Under the pieces are notes generated by a model, which was not told the DNA's origin, did not search any database, and worked only from the letters and a program-made list of their open reading frames with translations. DNA of 64,000 bases from a bacterium. Lineage in GTDB: Bacteria > Margulisbacteria > Marinamargulisbacteria > SXXA01 > JAHFDB01. The stretch spans positions 7,561-71,560 of the forward strand of contig JAHFDB010000003.1 of the NCBI GenBank assembly GCA_023249195.1, in the 5' to 3' direction. Shown one piece after another: positions 17,048-26,412 of this stretch (position 1 is its first letter; every line of letters begins with the position of its first letter). The position numbers were made by a program, and so were the translations under genes.

Positions 17048-19709
17048 GGAAAATCTCCCTGTATTTGACCTCCAGTATTTTCGTCTTGAGGTTTGGAAAA
17101 ATTTAAAATCTGAAAGTCTCTCCCCTACACCGGATAGTGTTCATATTCGGTGTTTGCTGGATGAGGTTCTCAAAGCCGAGTACTTCTGGGCCTATCCTGG
17201 CCCAGAAGTCATGACCAAGCTTCATTGCTATTTAGAGGCCTCGTCTCTTTCCCTCTTTAAACAACTTATCTGCAATGTGGTATCGATGCTAGAAGACAAT
17301 CACTATCGCACTCACTATTTTTTACCTTATACGTCCACTTTGGACCTTTTAGACAAACCCTTACTCTGTGAGGGGCTTCATGTCACACACACTTCTTTTT
17401 CTAAAAAAAAGCCTTATTTTGAAGTCTTGGTGGTGCATCCATTTGTGGCCGCTTACGAACTTCTCTATCGCAAAGGCTTATATGATTTAAAAACCGATCG
17501 CGACGAGTTTCTTTATGATTTGGTATTTGTCGAAAGCCCACAAGCCGCCATTGCTGCCATTTTAGCGAATCCCAGTATTCAATCTGTGGTCTGTGTGTCT
17601 GGGTTTGAATATAATCCCTCGGAACTTCTGCCACTGAGCACAGACTATTTGACCTTTCTAGAGGCTTCTGATCCTGCCTTACGATTCCCTTATTCAGACC
17701 CTTTTTTAGGCCTCAGTCGGTCTATTCGGCGCCTTCGTCCAGAAATTGATCAGTTTTTTATTTCAGAGATACTCCCTAATCACCTTGATTTAAACTATCA
17801 GACTCACTTTAACCGCATTTTATTTCATATTAACCCTTTCCCCGACCTGCACTTTTACATTCTCAATGGCATTCGAGACCGATTTTCAACCCCCTTTTTT
17901 CATGCGATTCAAGCCTACAGCAAACGTCCAAAGGGGGTTTTTCATGCTCTGCCTATTTCCAGAGGAAAGTCGATGCAAGATTCTCCTTGGATCCAAGATT
18001 TTACAGATTTTTATGGTCCCACCGTATTTTTAGCGGAAACCTCGTCTACACGGGGAGGGTTAGATTCCTTACTTGACCCTAAGGGAGCCATTAAACAATC
18101 GCATGACGAAGCCGCCAGAACCTTTGGAGCCGATCATACCTACTTTGTCACCAACGGTACCTCTACCGCCAATAAAATTGTTTTGCAAGCGACACTTTCT
18201 CCGAAAGATTGGGTCTTGGTGGCCTCTGATTGCCATAAATCGATTTCCTATGCGGTGATGCTCAGTGGGGCACTCCCTGTTTTTTTAGAAACCTATTCCT
18301 TAGACCATTTTGACCTCTACGGAGCCGTCCCCCTTCGCAGAATTAAGTCTATTTTACTAGAGCTCAAAGCCCACGGTCAGCTGCACAAGGTCAAGCAAGT
18401 GTCTCTCACCAATTCTACTTTTGATGGCATTCTGTACAACGTCGACATGTTTATGATGGAAATATTGGCGATAAAACCCGACATTATTTTTCATTGGGAT
18501 GAGGCGTGGTTTGCGTTTGGTTATTTCAACCCTCTTTACCACGGGCGCAGTGCCATGTCGGCAGTGCATACCCTCAGGGCTCGATTTCAGGATCCCCATT
18601 ACCACCAGTTTTATGCCACTTGGAAAGAGGCCTTTCTTGAAAAAGAGGCCTTAAACCCAGGGGCATGGCTTGAAGAAACCCTTTATCCCGATCCAAAAGA
18701 AGCTAAAATCAGGGTCTATGTTACCCAATCGACTCACAAAACATTGACGGCGTTTCGACAGGGCTCCATGATTCACATCTCCGACGATCTGTTTCATTCA
18801 GATAGTTTTTGGGATGCTTATCGTATTCACACCTCCACCTCGCCCAACTATCAAATTTTAGCTTCACTCGATGTTGGAAGGCGTCAAGTGGCCCTAGAAG
18901 GCTTTGAACGGGTTAAACATGCCCTTTATTTAGCGCATAAGCTTCGTTATCAGCTTCAAACCCTCGCCTCTTTGCAGCCTTATTTTAAACTTTTAAGCGA
19001 TACTGACATTGTCCCTCAGGCACACACATCGACCCCCTCTTTACTTACCAGTGCTTATGCCAAACATTTTTCTCAATGGAATAACCATGAGTTTGTTGTA
19101 GATCCTACCCGCATCACCCTGGATGTCAGGGGAACAGGAATGGATGGCACCAATTTTCGCGAGTTACTCATTAACCGCTACGATATTCAGGTCAATAAAA
19201 CATCACGCTATACCGTATTGTTTATTGTGAGCATTGGATCAACACAGCAAAGCATTGATTTTCTTATTCAAGTCTTATTGGATATTTCCCAGAGACTCGA
19301 TTCTGATCCTCCCCTTATGTCCACACTCTCAAAGGACGTTACGGTCTGTTTGCCTAAAACACGACACTTTCATCCCTTATTTAGAACCACTCAACTCAAA
19401 GAATGTGAAGTGGCTCAATTGCGAGAGCCCTTCTACGAGGCATTTGAAAGCGATTCTATCATGTATGCTCCCTTAGATAGCGATACACTTAAACGTGTCT
19501 TAAATGACGAAAAACTGGTCTCTGCGGCCTTTGTGACACCTTATCCGCCCGGGGTGCCCATTCTTGTCCCCGGACAAATTGTCTCGTATGAAGTTATTTT
19601 GTATTTACAAAGCCTCAAAAACAAGGAAATTCATGGCTATCGGCCCTCAGAAGGGCTTAAAATTTTTAGGGCCGACTATTTAATAAACAAGGCTTCTGCC
19701 TCATGTTAA
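17037..19709 (+). CDS. PLP-dependent Orn/Lys/Arg decarboxylase family (fold type I, OKR_DC_1), unusually long at 890 aa
   Basis: GADHTYFVTNGTSTANKIV, the PLP-lysine motif QSTHKTL, and the major plus C-terminal domains are present. About 150 aa of N-terminal extension is seen relative to LdcI/AdiA. Confidence 0.7.
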   Translation: MLTRENLPVFDLQYFRLEVWKNLKSESLSPTPDSVHIRCLLDEVLKAEYFWAYPGPEVMTKLHCYLEASSLSLFKQLICNVVSMLEDNHYRTHYFLPYTSTLDLLDKPLLCEGLHVTHTSFSKKKPYFEVLVVHPFVAAYELLYRKGLYDLKTDRDEFLYDLVFVESPQAAIAAILANPSIQSVVCVSGFEYNPSELLPLSTDYLTFLEASDPALRFPYSDPFLGLSRSIRRLRPEIDQFFISEILPNHLDLNYQTHFNRILFHINPFPDLHFYILNGIRDRFSTPFFHAIQAYSKRPKGVFHALPISRGKSMQDSPWIQDFTDFYGPTVFLAETSSTRGGLDSLLDPKGAIKQSHDEAARTFGADHTYFVTNGTSTANKIVLQATLSPKDWVLVASDCHKSISYAVMLSGALPVFLETYSLDHFDLYGAVPLRRIKSILLELKAHGQLHKVKQVSLTNSTFDGILYNVDMFMMEILAIKPDIIFHWDEAWFAFGYFNPLYHGRSAMSAVHTLRARFQDPHYHQFYATWKEAFLEKEALNPGAWLEETLYPDPKEAKIRVYVTQSTHKTLTAFRQGSMIHISDDLFHSDSFWDAYRIHTSTSPNYQILASLDVGRRQVALEGFERVKHALYLAHKLRYQLQTLASLQPYFKLLSDTDIVPQAHTSTPSLLTSAYAKHFSQWNNHEFVVDPTRITLDVRGTGMDGTNFRELLINRYDIQVNKTSRYTVLFIVSIGSTQQSIDFLIQVLLDISQRLDSDPPLMSTLSKDVTVCLPKTRHFHPLFRTTQLKECEVAQLREPFYEAFESDSIMYAPLDSDTLKRVLNDEKLVSAAFVTPYPPGVPILVPGQIVSYEVILYLQSLKNKEIHGYRPSEGLKIFRADYLINKASASC

Positions 19710-21181
19710 CGACAGTCACCCAAATCAAAAAATTCTGGAGAACCAACACCCTTCCGCTCTATTTTGTGAGCCCGTCTGCTTTCAATTTACTCGGACTCAA
19801 CACATGGGTCAAAAATGCCTTTTTTATCTGCTATATCAATTCTTTCGATGGTCGGCATCGGCATGTTCGCATTCCCACCCATCAAGACCACCCTGTTTTT
19901 GAGCATTTAGAAGACATTAACCACTATTTGCTTTCCCATAAAACAACGTCCGATTGGCTGATTCAAGACAGGCTTCACCTTGATAAAAAAGCGCCTAAAA
20001 GCAAGGTGTTTTTTCTGTTTTTTGACCGAAATATAGAAGCCCTCTGCAAAGCATTGCGACTCGACATTTGCTTGCCTTCGTTTAAACAGGTCAAACACTT
20101 TGACAGTAAAATTTATACCACACAACTGGGCAATGCGGCAGGCGTACACAGTGTGCCCAATGCACTCGCAAAAATTGACAGTTACGATACCCTGTGTCAG
20201 ATTGCAAAAAAACACAAACTAGGCAAAAAGTGGGTGCTTCAAACACCTTACGGAGATTCTGGAAAAACGACCTTTTTTATCTCAAATAAAAAAGACTATG
20301 ATATCTATGCGGATCAGATTGAATCTGAACCTTTGATAAAAGTCATGAAACGCATTCGTTGTGTAAGTGCCGCCATTGAAGGGTGCACTACCTCTTGTGG
20401 CACTTTTGTAGGCCCTCTCATGCGCGAACTTATTGGCATTCCTAGCCTTACCCCTTATCAAGGGGGATGGTGTGGCAATGACATCTCGCCGGATGGCTTT
20501 TCTTCCGATATTCACACACAAGCCAAGGAACTTACCGTCAAACTTGGGCATGCCCTTTACCAAGAAGGATATCGCGGCTATTTTGAAGTCGATTATTTGC
20601 TGGATTGTGACACAGATACCATGTACCTAGGTGAGCTTAATCCAAGGTTTAGCGGGATCAGCGCACTCACCAACTTTGCATTACGCTCGCTTTTGCCCTT
20701 GTTTTTATTTCACTTGTTAGAATTCTTTTGCGTGCCTTTTTCTATCAACCCAGAAATTTACAATCAAAAAGTGCTGTCTCGGCTTTCAGTAATGACCTCG
20801 GGACAACTCATTTTCAAATACACCCCTTATGACCTTAAAATGGTTATGAAAGCCCCTGTTTCTGGGGTTTATATTCTCAGTGACGAGGGTGAACTGATCC
20901 TAAAAAAACAAGGGGTCAATCGACTTCTTGCCTCAGAGCCTCATGAGATTTTTTTATTTCGGATCTTGGCCGAACATGACTATCTTTATCATGGCGCCGA
21001 TATGGCCATTGTCTTTTTCAATATTCCTTTACTCGATGACACCCAAACCCTCACCCCAACTGCTCAGCGTTGGATTCAGGCAGTTCAAAACACCTTTCAG
21101 CTTCGTCATTTAACCGCTGAGGAACAAAATTTAGTGGACCGCTATCGCAACCCTGGTGTTCTTCTGAAAGGAACCCCCTAA
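19703..21181 (+). CDS. ATP-grasp family carboxylate-amine ligase
   Basis: YFEVDYLLDCDTDTMYLGELNPRFSG is an ATP-grasp C-terminal motif. The gene overlaps the decarboxylase stop by 7 bp, which suggests translational coupling. Confidence 0.55.
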   Translation: MLTTVTQIKKFWRTNTLPLYFVSPSAFNLLGLNTWVKNAFFICYINSFDGRHRHVRIPTHQDHPVFEHLEDINHYLLSHKTTSDWLIQDRLHLDKKAPKSKVFFLFFDRNIEALCKALRLDICLPSFKQVKHFDSKIYTTQLGNAAGVHSVPNALAKIDSYDTLCQIAKKHKLGKKWVLQTPYGDSGKTTFFISNKKDYDIYADQIESEPLIKVMKRIRCVSAAIEGCTTSCGTFVGPLMRELIGIPSLTPYQGGWCGNDISPDGFSSDIHTQAKELTVKLGHALYQEGYRGYFEVDYLLDCDTDTMYLGELNPRFSGISALTNFALRSLLPLFLFHLLEFFCVPFSINPEIYNQKVLSRLSVMTSGQLIFKYTPYDLKMVMKAPVSGVYILSDEGELILKKQGVNRLLASEPHEIFLFRILAEHDYLYHGADMAIVFFNIPLLDDTQTLTPTAQRWIQAVQNTFQLRHLTAEEQNLVDRYRNPGVLLKGTP

Positions 21182-21182
21182 C

Positions 21183-22160
21183 ATGCCTCTCCTTCAAAAA
21201 CGCATTCAGTTTATTGACGAAGACATTCCGGGTGAAAAATGGGTTTCTTTTTTCAAGCAACACCACATGGAATATCGTACGTGGTTCTTAAAAGAAGGAG
21301 AGCTCAATCGCCCTTCTTTTCTGCAATGCAAAGAGGCTCTGGCACACTTTATGCCCCACTTGGTTCCCATGTGGGAACACTTGGTCGAATTAGCCGGGGG
21401 GGGTGATCTTGAAGCCCGGCTTTTGAGTTTATATTGCCCGACGCCCTATGCCTCTGGGTGTTCTCAAGCCGTTTGGACCCGATATAACCCTATTTTAGTT
21501 CGCAATTATGATTACGACCCTCATTTATGCGAAGGGCGCATTCTCAAAAGCAACTGGCATGGGACCCGCGTTATTGCCTCTACAGACTGTTTGTGGGGTG
21601 TTCTAGACGGCATGAATGAGCATGGACTTATTGTATCTCTCTCTTTTGGAGGCACCACGGATATGGGCGAAGGATTTGGAATTCCTCTTATTCTTCGGTA
21701 TATCTTAGAATTCTGTCAAACCACAGACCAAGCTACCCAGATTTTATGCCAAATTCCTACTCATATGGCCTATAATATCACTCTCCTCGATGCCCATTAT
21801 CAGGTTACCACCGTCGAAGTGTCTCCCTCAGGAAAACCCCAGGTCAGCCACCGTCCCTTAGCGGTCAATCATCAAGGCGATTTTGCCCTAACCAACTATG
21901 CCATGTTTTCTAAATCTTATGAGCGTAAGCAGGCCATTTTAGACACGTTATTTGACCCCTATATCACCTTAGAATCGTTCATCAATGCCTTCGGATATGC
22001 CCCCCTCTGGAGCTCGGACTATGAGTCGGCCTTTGGGACTATCTATACCGCTGTATACAACCCCACGCTTCGGGCTATGGAATATCGATGGCCCTACCAT
22101 GTCAGGGCCTATCAGTCTTTTGAAGCCTTTGAAGAAAAAGACCTTTGGGTTACATTGTAA
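21183..22160 (+). CDS. Ntn-hydrolase of the peptidase C45 / acyl-CoA:6-APA acyltransferase family
   Basis: ASGCSQAVW is a candidate autoprocessing Gly-Cys nucleophile site, and DGMNEHGL is C45-like. The gene starts 2 bp after the ATP-grasp gene ends. Confidence 0.45.
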   Translation: MPLLQKRIQFIDEDIPGEKWVSFFKQHHMEYRTWFLKEGELNRPSFLQCKEALAHFMPHLVPMWEHLVELAGGGDLEARLLSLYCPTPYASGCSQAVWTRYNPILVRNYDYDPHLCEGRILKSNWHGTRVIASTDCLWGVLDGMNEHGLIVSLSFGGTTDMGEGFGIPLILRYILEFCQTTDQATQILCQIPTHMAYNITLLDAHYQVTTVEVSPSGKPQVSHRPLAVNHQGDFALTNYAMFSKSYERKQAILDTLFDPYITLESFINAFGYAPLWSSDYESAFGTIYTAVYNPTLRAMEYRWPYHVRAYQSFEAFEEKDLWVTL

Positions 22161-22196
22161 GAGTGTGTAAAATAGAAACAAAAAAGGATTTTTCCG

Positions 22197-23324
22197 ATGC
22201 CCCTTATACAAACAACCGTTCCCTTACTCGACTTAACCGCCCAATACGAACCCATCAAAGACGATGTCCTCGCTGTTATAAAAGAGGTTTTTGACTCTAA
22301 AGTCTTTATTTTAGGGCCTAAAGTTACACAGTTTGAAGCCCAGGCCGCTGCCTATTGTCATGTCAACCATGCTATTGGAGTCTCTTCAGGAACCGATGCC
22401 ATTTTAATGGCCCTCATGGCTATGGGTATTGGACAAGGCGATGAAGTTATTACAGCACCCTTCACTTTTTTTGCAACTGCCGGATGTATTTCTCGCGTAG
22501 GCGCCACCCCTGTCTTTGTAGATATTGATCCTCACACCTTTAATATTGATCCTCACTTAATCGAAGCCTCTATTACGCCTCGCACCAAGGCCATTATGCC
22601 TGTCCATCTTTTTGGTCACATGGCCGATATGGACGCTGTGATGGCCATCGCAAAAAAACATGGGCTTTATGTCATTGAAGATGCCTCACAAGCGATTGGA
22701 TCGCACTATACCAACTCTAAAGGTGAGGTTAAATGGGCAGGTTCTGTCGGTGATGTCGGGTGTTTTTCGTTCTTCCCCTCTAAAAACCTCGGGGGTATTG
22801 GGGATGGCGGCATGATTACGACCCAGAATTCTCATTTGGCAGACACCCTTATAAAACTCAGGAATCACGGGGCACAAGAGCGTTATTTCCATGAAATGGT
22901 CGGCGGAAATTTTAGACTCGATGCCATTCAAGCTGCCGTGTTAAGTGTCAAGCTGCCCACGTTAGAGGAGCAACATCGGCTTCGACAAAAAAATGGGGCT
23001 TACTACAACGAGCATCTCCACTCACTTGTCACGATTCCCTTTGTTAAACCCGGATTTCGCATGATTTACAATCAATATACCCTTCGCACCCCAAAGAGGG
23101 ATGCCCTTCATGCATGGCTGGATCAACGTCAAATCGGTAACGCTATCTACTATCCCCTTCCACTGCATCTGCAAAAATGTTTTGCCCATTTAGGCTATGA
23201 GGCTGGCGACTTTCCTGAATCAGAAAAAGCCGCTTTGGAAGTGCTTTCTATTCCCATTTATTCAGAATTAAATACAGAACAAAAACAGGCGGTTGTTGAG
23301 GCCATAAAAGCGTTTTTTAACTAA
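22197..23324 (+). CDS. DegT/DnrJ/EryC1/StrS-family PLP aminotransferase (ArnB-like)
   Basis: Family-typical segments include the N-terminal region, LMALMAMGIGQGDEVI, PVHLFGHMADMD and the GG..G.G.GGMITT region. Confidence 0.75.
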   Translation: MPLIQTTVPLLDLTAQYEPIKDDVLAVIKEVFDSKVFILGPKVTQFEAQAAAYCHVNHAIGVSSGTDAILMALMAMGIGQGDEVITAPFTFFATAGCISRVGATPVFVDIDPHTFNIDPHLIEASITPRTKAIMPVHLFGHMADMDAVMAIAKKHGLYVIEDASQAIGSHYTNSKGEVKWAGSVGDVGCFSFFPSKNLGGIGDGGMITTQNSHLADTLIKLRNHGAQERYFHEMVGGNFRLDAIQAAVLSVKLPTLEEQHRLRQKNGAYYNEHLHSLVTIPFVKPGFRMIYNQYTLRTPKRDALHAWLDQRQIGNAIYYPLPLHLQKCFAHLGYEAGDFPESEKAALEVLSIPIYSELNTEQKQAVVEAIKAFFN

Positions 23325-23350
23325 GAAGGGTTGTCCTCTGGAAGCGTGGC

Positions 23351-23419
23351 AATGGGCCCGCGACGGTTTTAAAGCCACAAACGTTGGGTAGCCATTTTTA
23401 CCCACTTAAGCCATCCTTT
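23351..23419. repeat. Copy A of an approximately 70-bp imperfect direct repeat (about 85% identity to copy B); possible solo end or remnant of a mobile element
   Basis: aatgggcccgcgacggttttaaagccacaaacgttgggtagccatttttacccacttaagccatccttt aligns with 24598..24667. The 26-nt core gggtagccatttttacccacttaagc is identical in both copies. Confidence 0.8.
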
Positions 23420-23542
23420 ATTTCCCATCACTAGATTGCAGCTCTTCGCTTTTTTATGATCCTTTTGATCAATTAAGACAGCCACAATATCAACTACCGA
23501 AAAAAAACCAAGTTTGTTTTTCCCCATTGTAAAGTCAACGGA

Positions 23543-23743
23543 CTAGCCCCCTCCCACAAACTGTACAATCTCTAGCCTATCCCCATCCGAAAGACACAGG
23601 TCTTTAAATTGGGGATAGCGATAGAGCGTGTCATTAAGTTCGACTACGACACTTTGGGCCTCAATAGAAAGGCTTCTTAGAAGCAAAAGCAGAGGGATAT
23701 CTGCCTCAATGGTAAGGGGCTGACCGTTGCACAAAAGCTGCAT
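23543..23743 (-). CDS. thiS: ThiS/MoaD-like sulfur-carrier protein
   Basis: A 66-aa beta-grasp-sized protein ending in GG (IVQFVGGG). Confidence 0.5.
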   Translation of the reverse strand: MQLLCNGQPLTIEADIPLLLLLRSLSIEAQSVVVELNDTLYRYPQFKDLCLSDGDRLEIVQFVGGG

Positions 23744-23778
23744 GTACGTTATTTGACATGGCGCATAGTCAGCGCCAT

Positions 23779-24408
23779 TTAATGCAAAACCTGCATCCTA
23801 GGAATAGGCCAAATGGTAATGACGGCTTTTCCCAAAATATCTTTTCTGGAAACCACCCCCCAATACCGAGAATCATACGAATTTCCCCGATTATCGCCCA
23901 TCATAAAATAGCTGTCTGCAGGAATTTTTTTAGGGCCATAAAAAGTATCATCATTTTGAATATTGATTCCTGGAAATACTTCTAGTGTGCCATTAATATA
24001 AATCTCACCGTGTCTTACTTCAATCGTGTCATTGGGAAGGGCTACGCAACGTTTTACATATTGCACCCCGTCATTAAAAGGGGAATTAAATACGACAATA
24101 TCGCCCCGATGCGGAGGCCCAAACCGATATATAAATTTATTCACAAAGAGACGATCGCCTATTTGAAGGGTGGGAATCATGGACCCAGAAGGCACCTTTG
24201 AAGTTTGAAGTACAAAATGACGAAAAACCAAGGCCATGCACAAAGCCACCACAATGACTTCTACCGTATCCACTATGTGAAAGTGAAGGGTGTTCTTTAC
24301 TTTCAAGTCGGCTTTAAATTGCTCCCATTGATTTTGTTTATTTCGAATAAAAGTTAACATAAATATGGTTTTATCACAGCCATCAGGCTTTCGTAAAGGG
24401 CCTTGCAA
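23779..24408 (-). CDS. lepB: Signal peptidase I
   Basis: PSGSMIPTL (the catalytic Ser box), GDNRGNSYDSRYWG and KRCVALPND are present. Confidence 0.85.
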   Translation of the reverse strand: MQGPLRKPDGCDKTIFMLTFIRNKQNQWEQFKADLKVKNTLHFHIVDTVEVIVVALCMALVFRHFVLQTSKVPSGSMIPTLQIGDRLFVNKFIYRFGPPHRGDIVVFNSPFNDGVQYVKRCVALPNDTIEVRHGEIYINGTLEVFPGINIQNDDTFYGPKKIPADSYFMMGDNRGNSYDSRYWGVVSRKDILGKAVITIWPIPRMQVLH

Positions 24409-24443
24409 AACATGGACACCCTTGCTATACTTTTCTTTTTCAT

Positions 24444-24518
24444 CGCGGGGTGGAGCAGAGGTAGCTTGTCGGGCTCATAACCCGAAGGTCAGAGGTTCGA
24501 TTCCTCTCCCCGCTACCA
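24444..24518 (+). tRNA. tRNA-Met (CAT), initiator type, CCA encoded
   Basis: The acceptor begins CGCGGGG with a 1:72 mismatch, the anticodon stem has three consecutive G-C pairs (TCGGG/CCCGA), and the loop is CTCATAA. The T-arm is GGTTCGATTCC and the 3' end is GCTACCA. Confidence 0.85.
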
Positions 24519-24532
24519 AATTTATAGTTTAA

Positions 24533-24566
24533 AAAAAGCCTGCAGGAATGTGGGCTTTTTTGTTTT
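24533..24566. terminator. Putative Rho-independent terminator hairpin downstream of tRNA-fMet
   Basis: aaaaagcc / tgcaggaatgtg loop / ggcttttt is followed by tgttttt. The flanking A and T runs make it symmetric, so it may act in both directions. Confidence 0.45.
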
Positions 24567-24597
24567 TAGCTGTCTTTAAACTATAGTCTTAGACTGT

Positions 24598-24667
24598 AAT
24601 GGGCCAGTGACAGGTTTAAAACCACAGACGTCGGGTAGCCATTTTTACCCACTTAAGCTATCCTTTT
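24598..24667. repeat. Copy B of the approximately 70-bp direct repeat, ending 10 bp upstream of the transposase-like ORF
   Basis: taatgggccagtgacaggtttaaaaccacagacgtcgggtagccatttttacccacttaagctatccttt aligns with copy A. It contains an internal inverted repeat (gggta/taccc) and a cttaag palindrome. Confidence 0.8.
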
Positions 24668-24676
24668 TATACCTCT

Positions 24677-25597
24677 ATGAAAAAGAACGAACTCATCCGT
24701 TTTGACTGGGCCATTAAAAATATCCTTCGCAACAAGGCCAATTTTCCTGTCTTAGAAGGCTTTCTGTCTGAGCTTTTACACACCGATGTTAAAATCAACT
24801 CTTTGCTGGAAAGTGAATCCAACCAAAGGTTTGAAGAAGATAAAGGCAATCGGGTAGATATCTTGGCCGAACTCACCGGCAATAAAAAAGTCATCATCGA
24901 AGTCCAATGTTTTAGCGAATGGGAGTTTATAACCCGAATAGTTTCTGGGGTAGCCAAGGTCGTCATTGATCATCTGCACTCTGAAGACCCTTATGGAAAG
25001 ATTCAGCGGGTGATCTCGGTACATATTGTCTATTTTGATCTTGGGGAAGGTCAGGATTATATCTATCACGGAACCACCCAATTTAAAGGCATTCACAAGA
25101 ACGATATCTTGCAGCTTTCTCCCAAGGAAAAAGAAAAGTATCCCGATCATATTGATACCATTGCCTCGATTTTTCCAGAATATTTTATCCTAAAACTCGA
25201 TCAATTTGATTTGAAGATCAAAGACACTTTGGATGAATGGATGTATACCCTCAAGCAATTGGAAGTCAGACCTGAATTTACGGCAAAGGGCATACAAGAG
25301 GCCGGTCAAAAACTTGAACCTTTTAGGCTTTCAGAAGACGAGCGTCTAAGCTATGAGTGCCACATTAAAAACAACCGTATTTCAAACAGTGTCTTGGAAA
25401 CCTACTTTTCTGACGGGCGTTTTGAGGGTAAGGCAGAAGGGTTTGCAAAAGGGTTTGCAAAAGAGTTTAAAAAGTGGAAGTCGGAAGCCCAATCTCACTG
25501 GGTAAAAGCCAAGCATCAAGCCCGTACTCCGATTGAAGAACTCTCACGCATTACGGGTTTAACCATCGACCAGATTCAGGCTATTTTAGGTTCTTAA
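24677..25597 (+). mobile_element. PD-(D/E)XK nuclease-family putative transposase (Rpn/YhgA-like, TIGR01784-like)
   Basis: The D...EVQ nuclease core (VDILAELTGNKKVIIEVQ), the C-terminal EGKAEGFAKGFAKEF repeat and the terminal ITGLTIDQIQAIL helix are typical of this family. The gene lies next to a tRNA, with repeat copy B immediately upstream. Confidence 0.65.
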
Positions 25598-25668
25598 TCT
25601 ATCTCTTATCGAGCTAATAAAAAAATTTGAAACAAAGGTAGGCCCCTGTTTTAAATTACCTAAATAGG

Positions 25669-26346
25669 GTGTATCTTTATTCTTTGATGCCCCCTCAAGC
25701 CCTTGTATTATTTTCTGGCGGACAAGACAGTACCACCTGTTTAGCCCAGGCTTTGGCTGATTATCCCGGTCAGGTTGAAGCTGTTGGATTTAACTATGGC
25801 CAGCTGCATCATATTGAGCTTGATCAGGCTGCTTTTCTTGCTCAAAAAGCAGGGGTTCCTTTTCACGTGGTGGACTTGCGTTTTTTAAGTGCTATTACCT
25901 CGAATGCATTGATGGATGCCTCGATTAAAATAGAGTCTTTACCTGGGCAATTGCCTTCGACATTTGTCGAGGGTCGAAATGTGTTTTTTTTGAGTACAGC
26001 GGCCGTTATTGCCAAGCAAAAGGGTATTCGTTTTTTGTATACGGGTGTATGCGAGACCGATTATTCAGGATACCCGGATTGTCGGGAAAATTTTATTCGT
26101 TCAATCGAGCATACATTAAGCTTGGCGATGGATTATCCTTTTACAGTTGTGACCCCTTTAATGCGGCTGACAAAGGCTGAAACGGTGGTCTTCATGCAAA
26201 AACTAGGAAAATTGGACTGGTATGCACATACGCATACCTGTTACAAAGGAATGCGTCCGGCATGTGGCCAGTGTCCCGCATGTGTGTTGCGTCTAAAAGG
26301 GTTCCGTGAGGCCGGAATTGCTGACCCACTTGCCTATATGGGATGA
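25669..26346 (+). CDS. queC: 7-cyano-7-deazaguanine synthase
   Basis: ALVLFSGGQDSTTCL (PP-loop) and the zinc cysteines CGQCPACVLR are present. Confidence 0.85.
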   Translation: MYLYSLMPPQALVLFSGGQDSTTCLAQALADYPGQVEAVGFNYGQLHHIELDQAAFLAQKAGVPFHVVDLRFLSAITSNALMDASIKIESLPGQLPSTFVEGRNVFFLSTAAVIAKQKGIRFLYTGVCETDYSGYPDCRENFIRSIEHTLSLAMDYPFTVVTPLMRLTKAETVVFMQKLGKLDWYAHTHTCYKGMRPACGQCPACVLRLKGFREAGIADPLAYMG

Positions 26347-26412
26347 CAAATGATGAAGAGTGCGCTAGGATTAACGCTTGCCCAGAACCCTGTTTAAGGA
26401 GAATATAACCCA

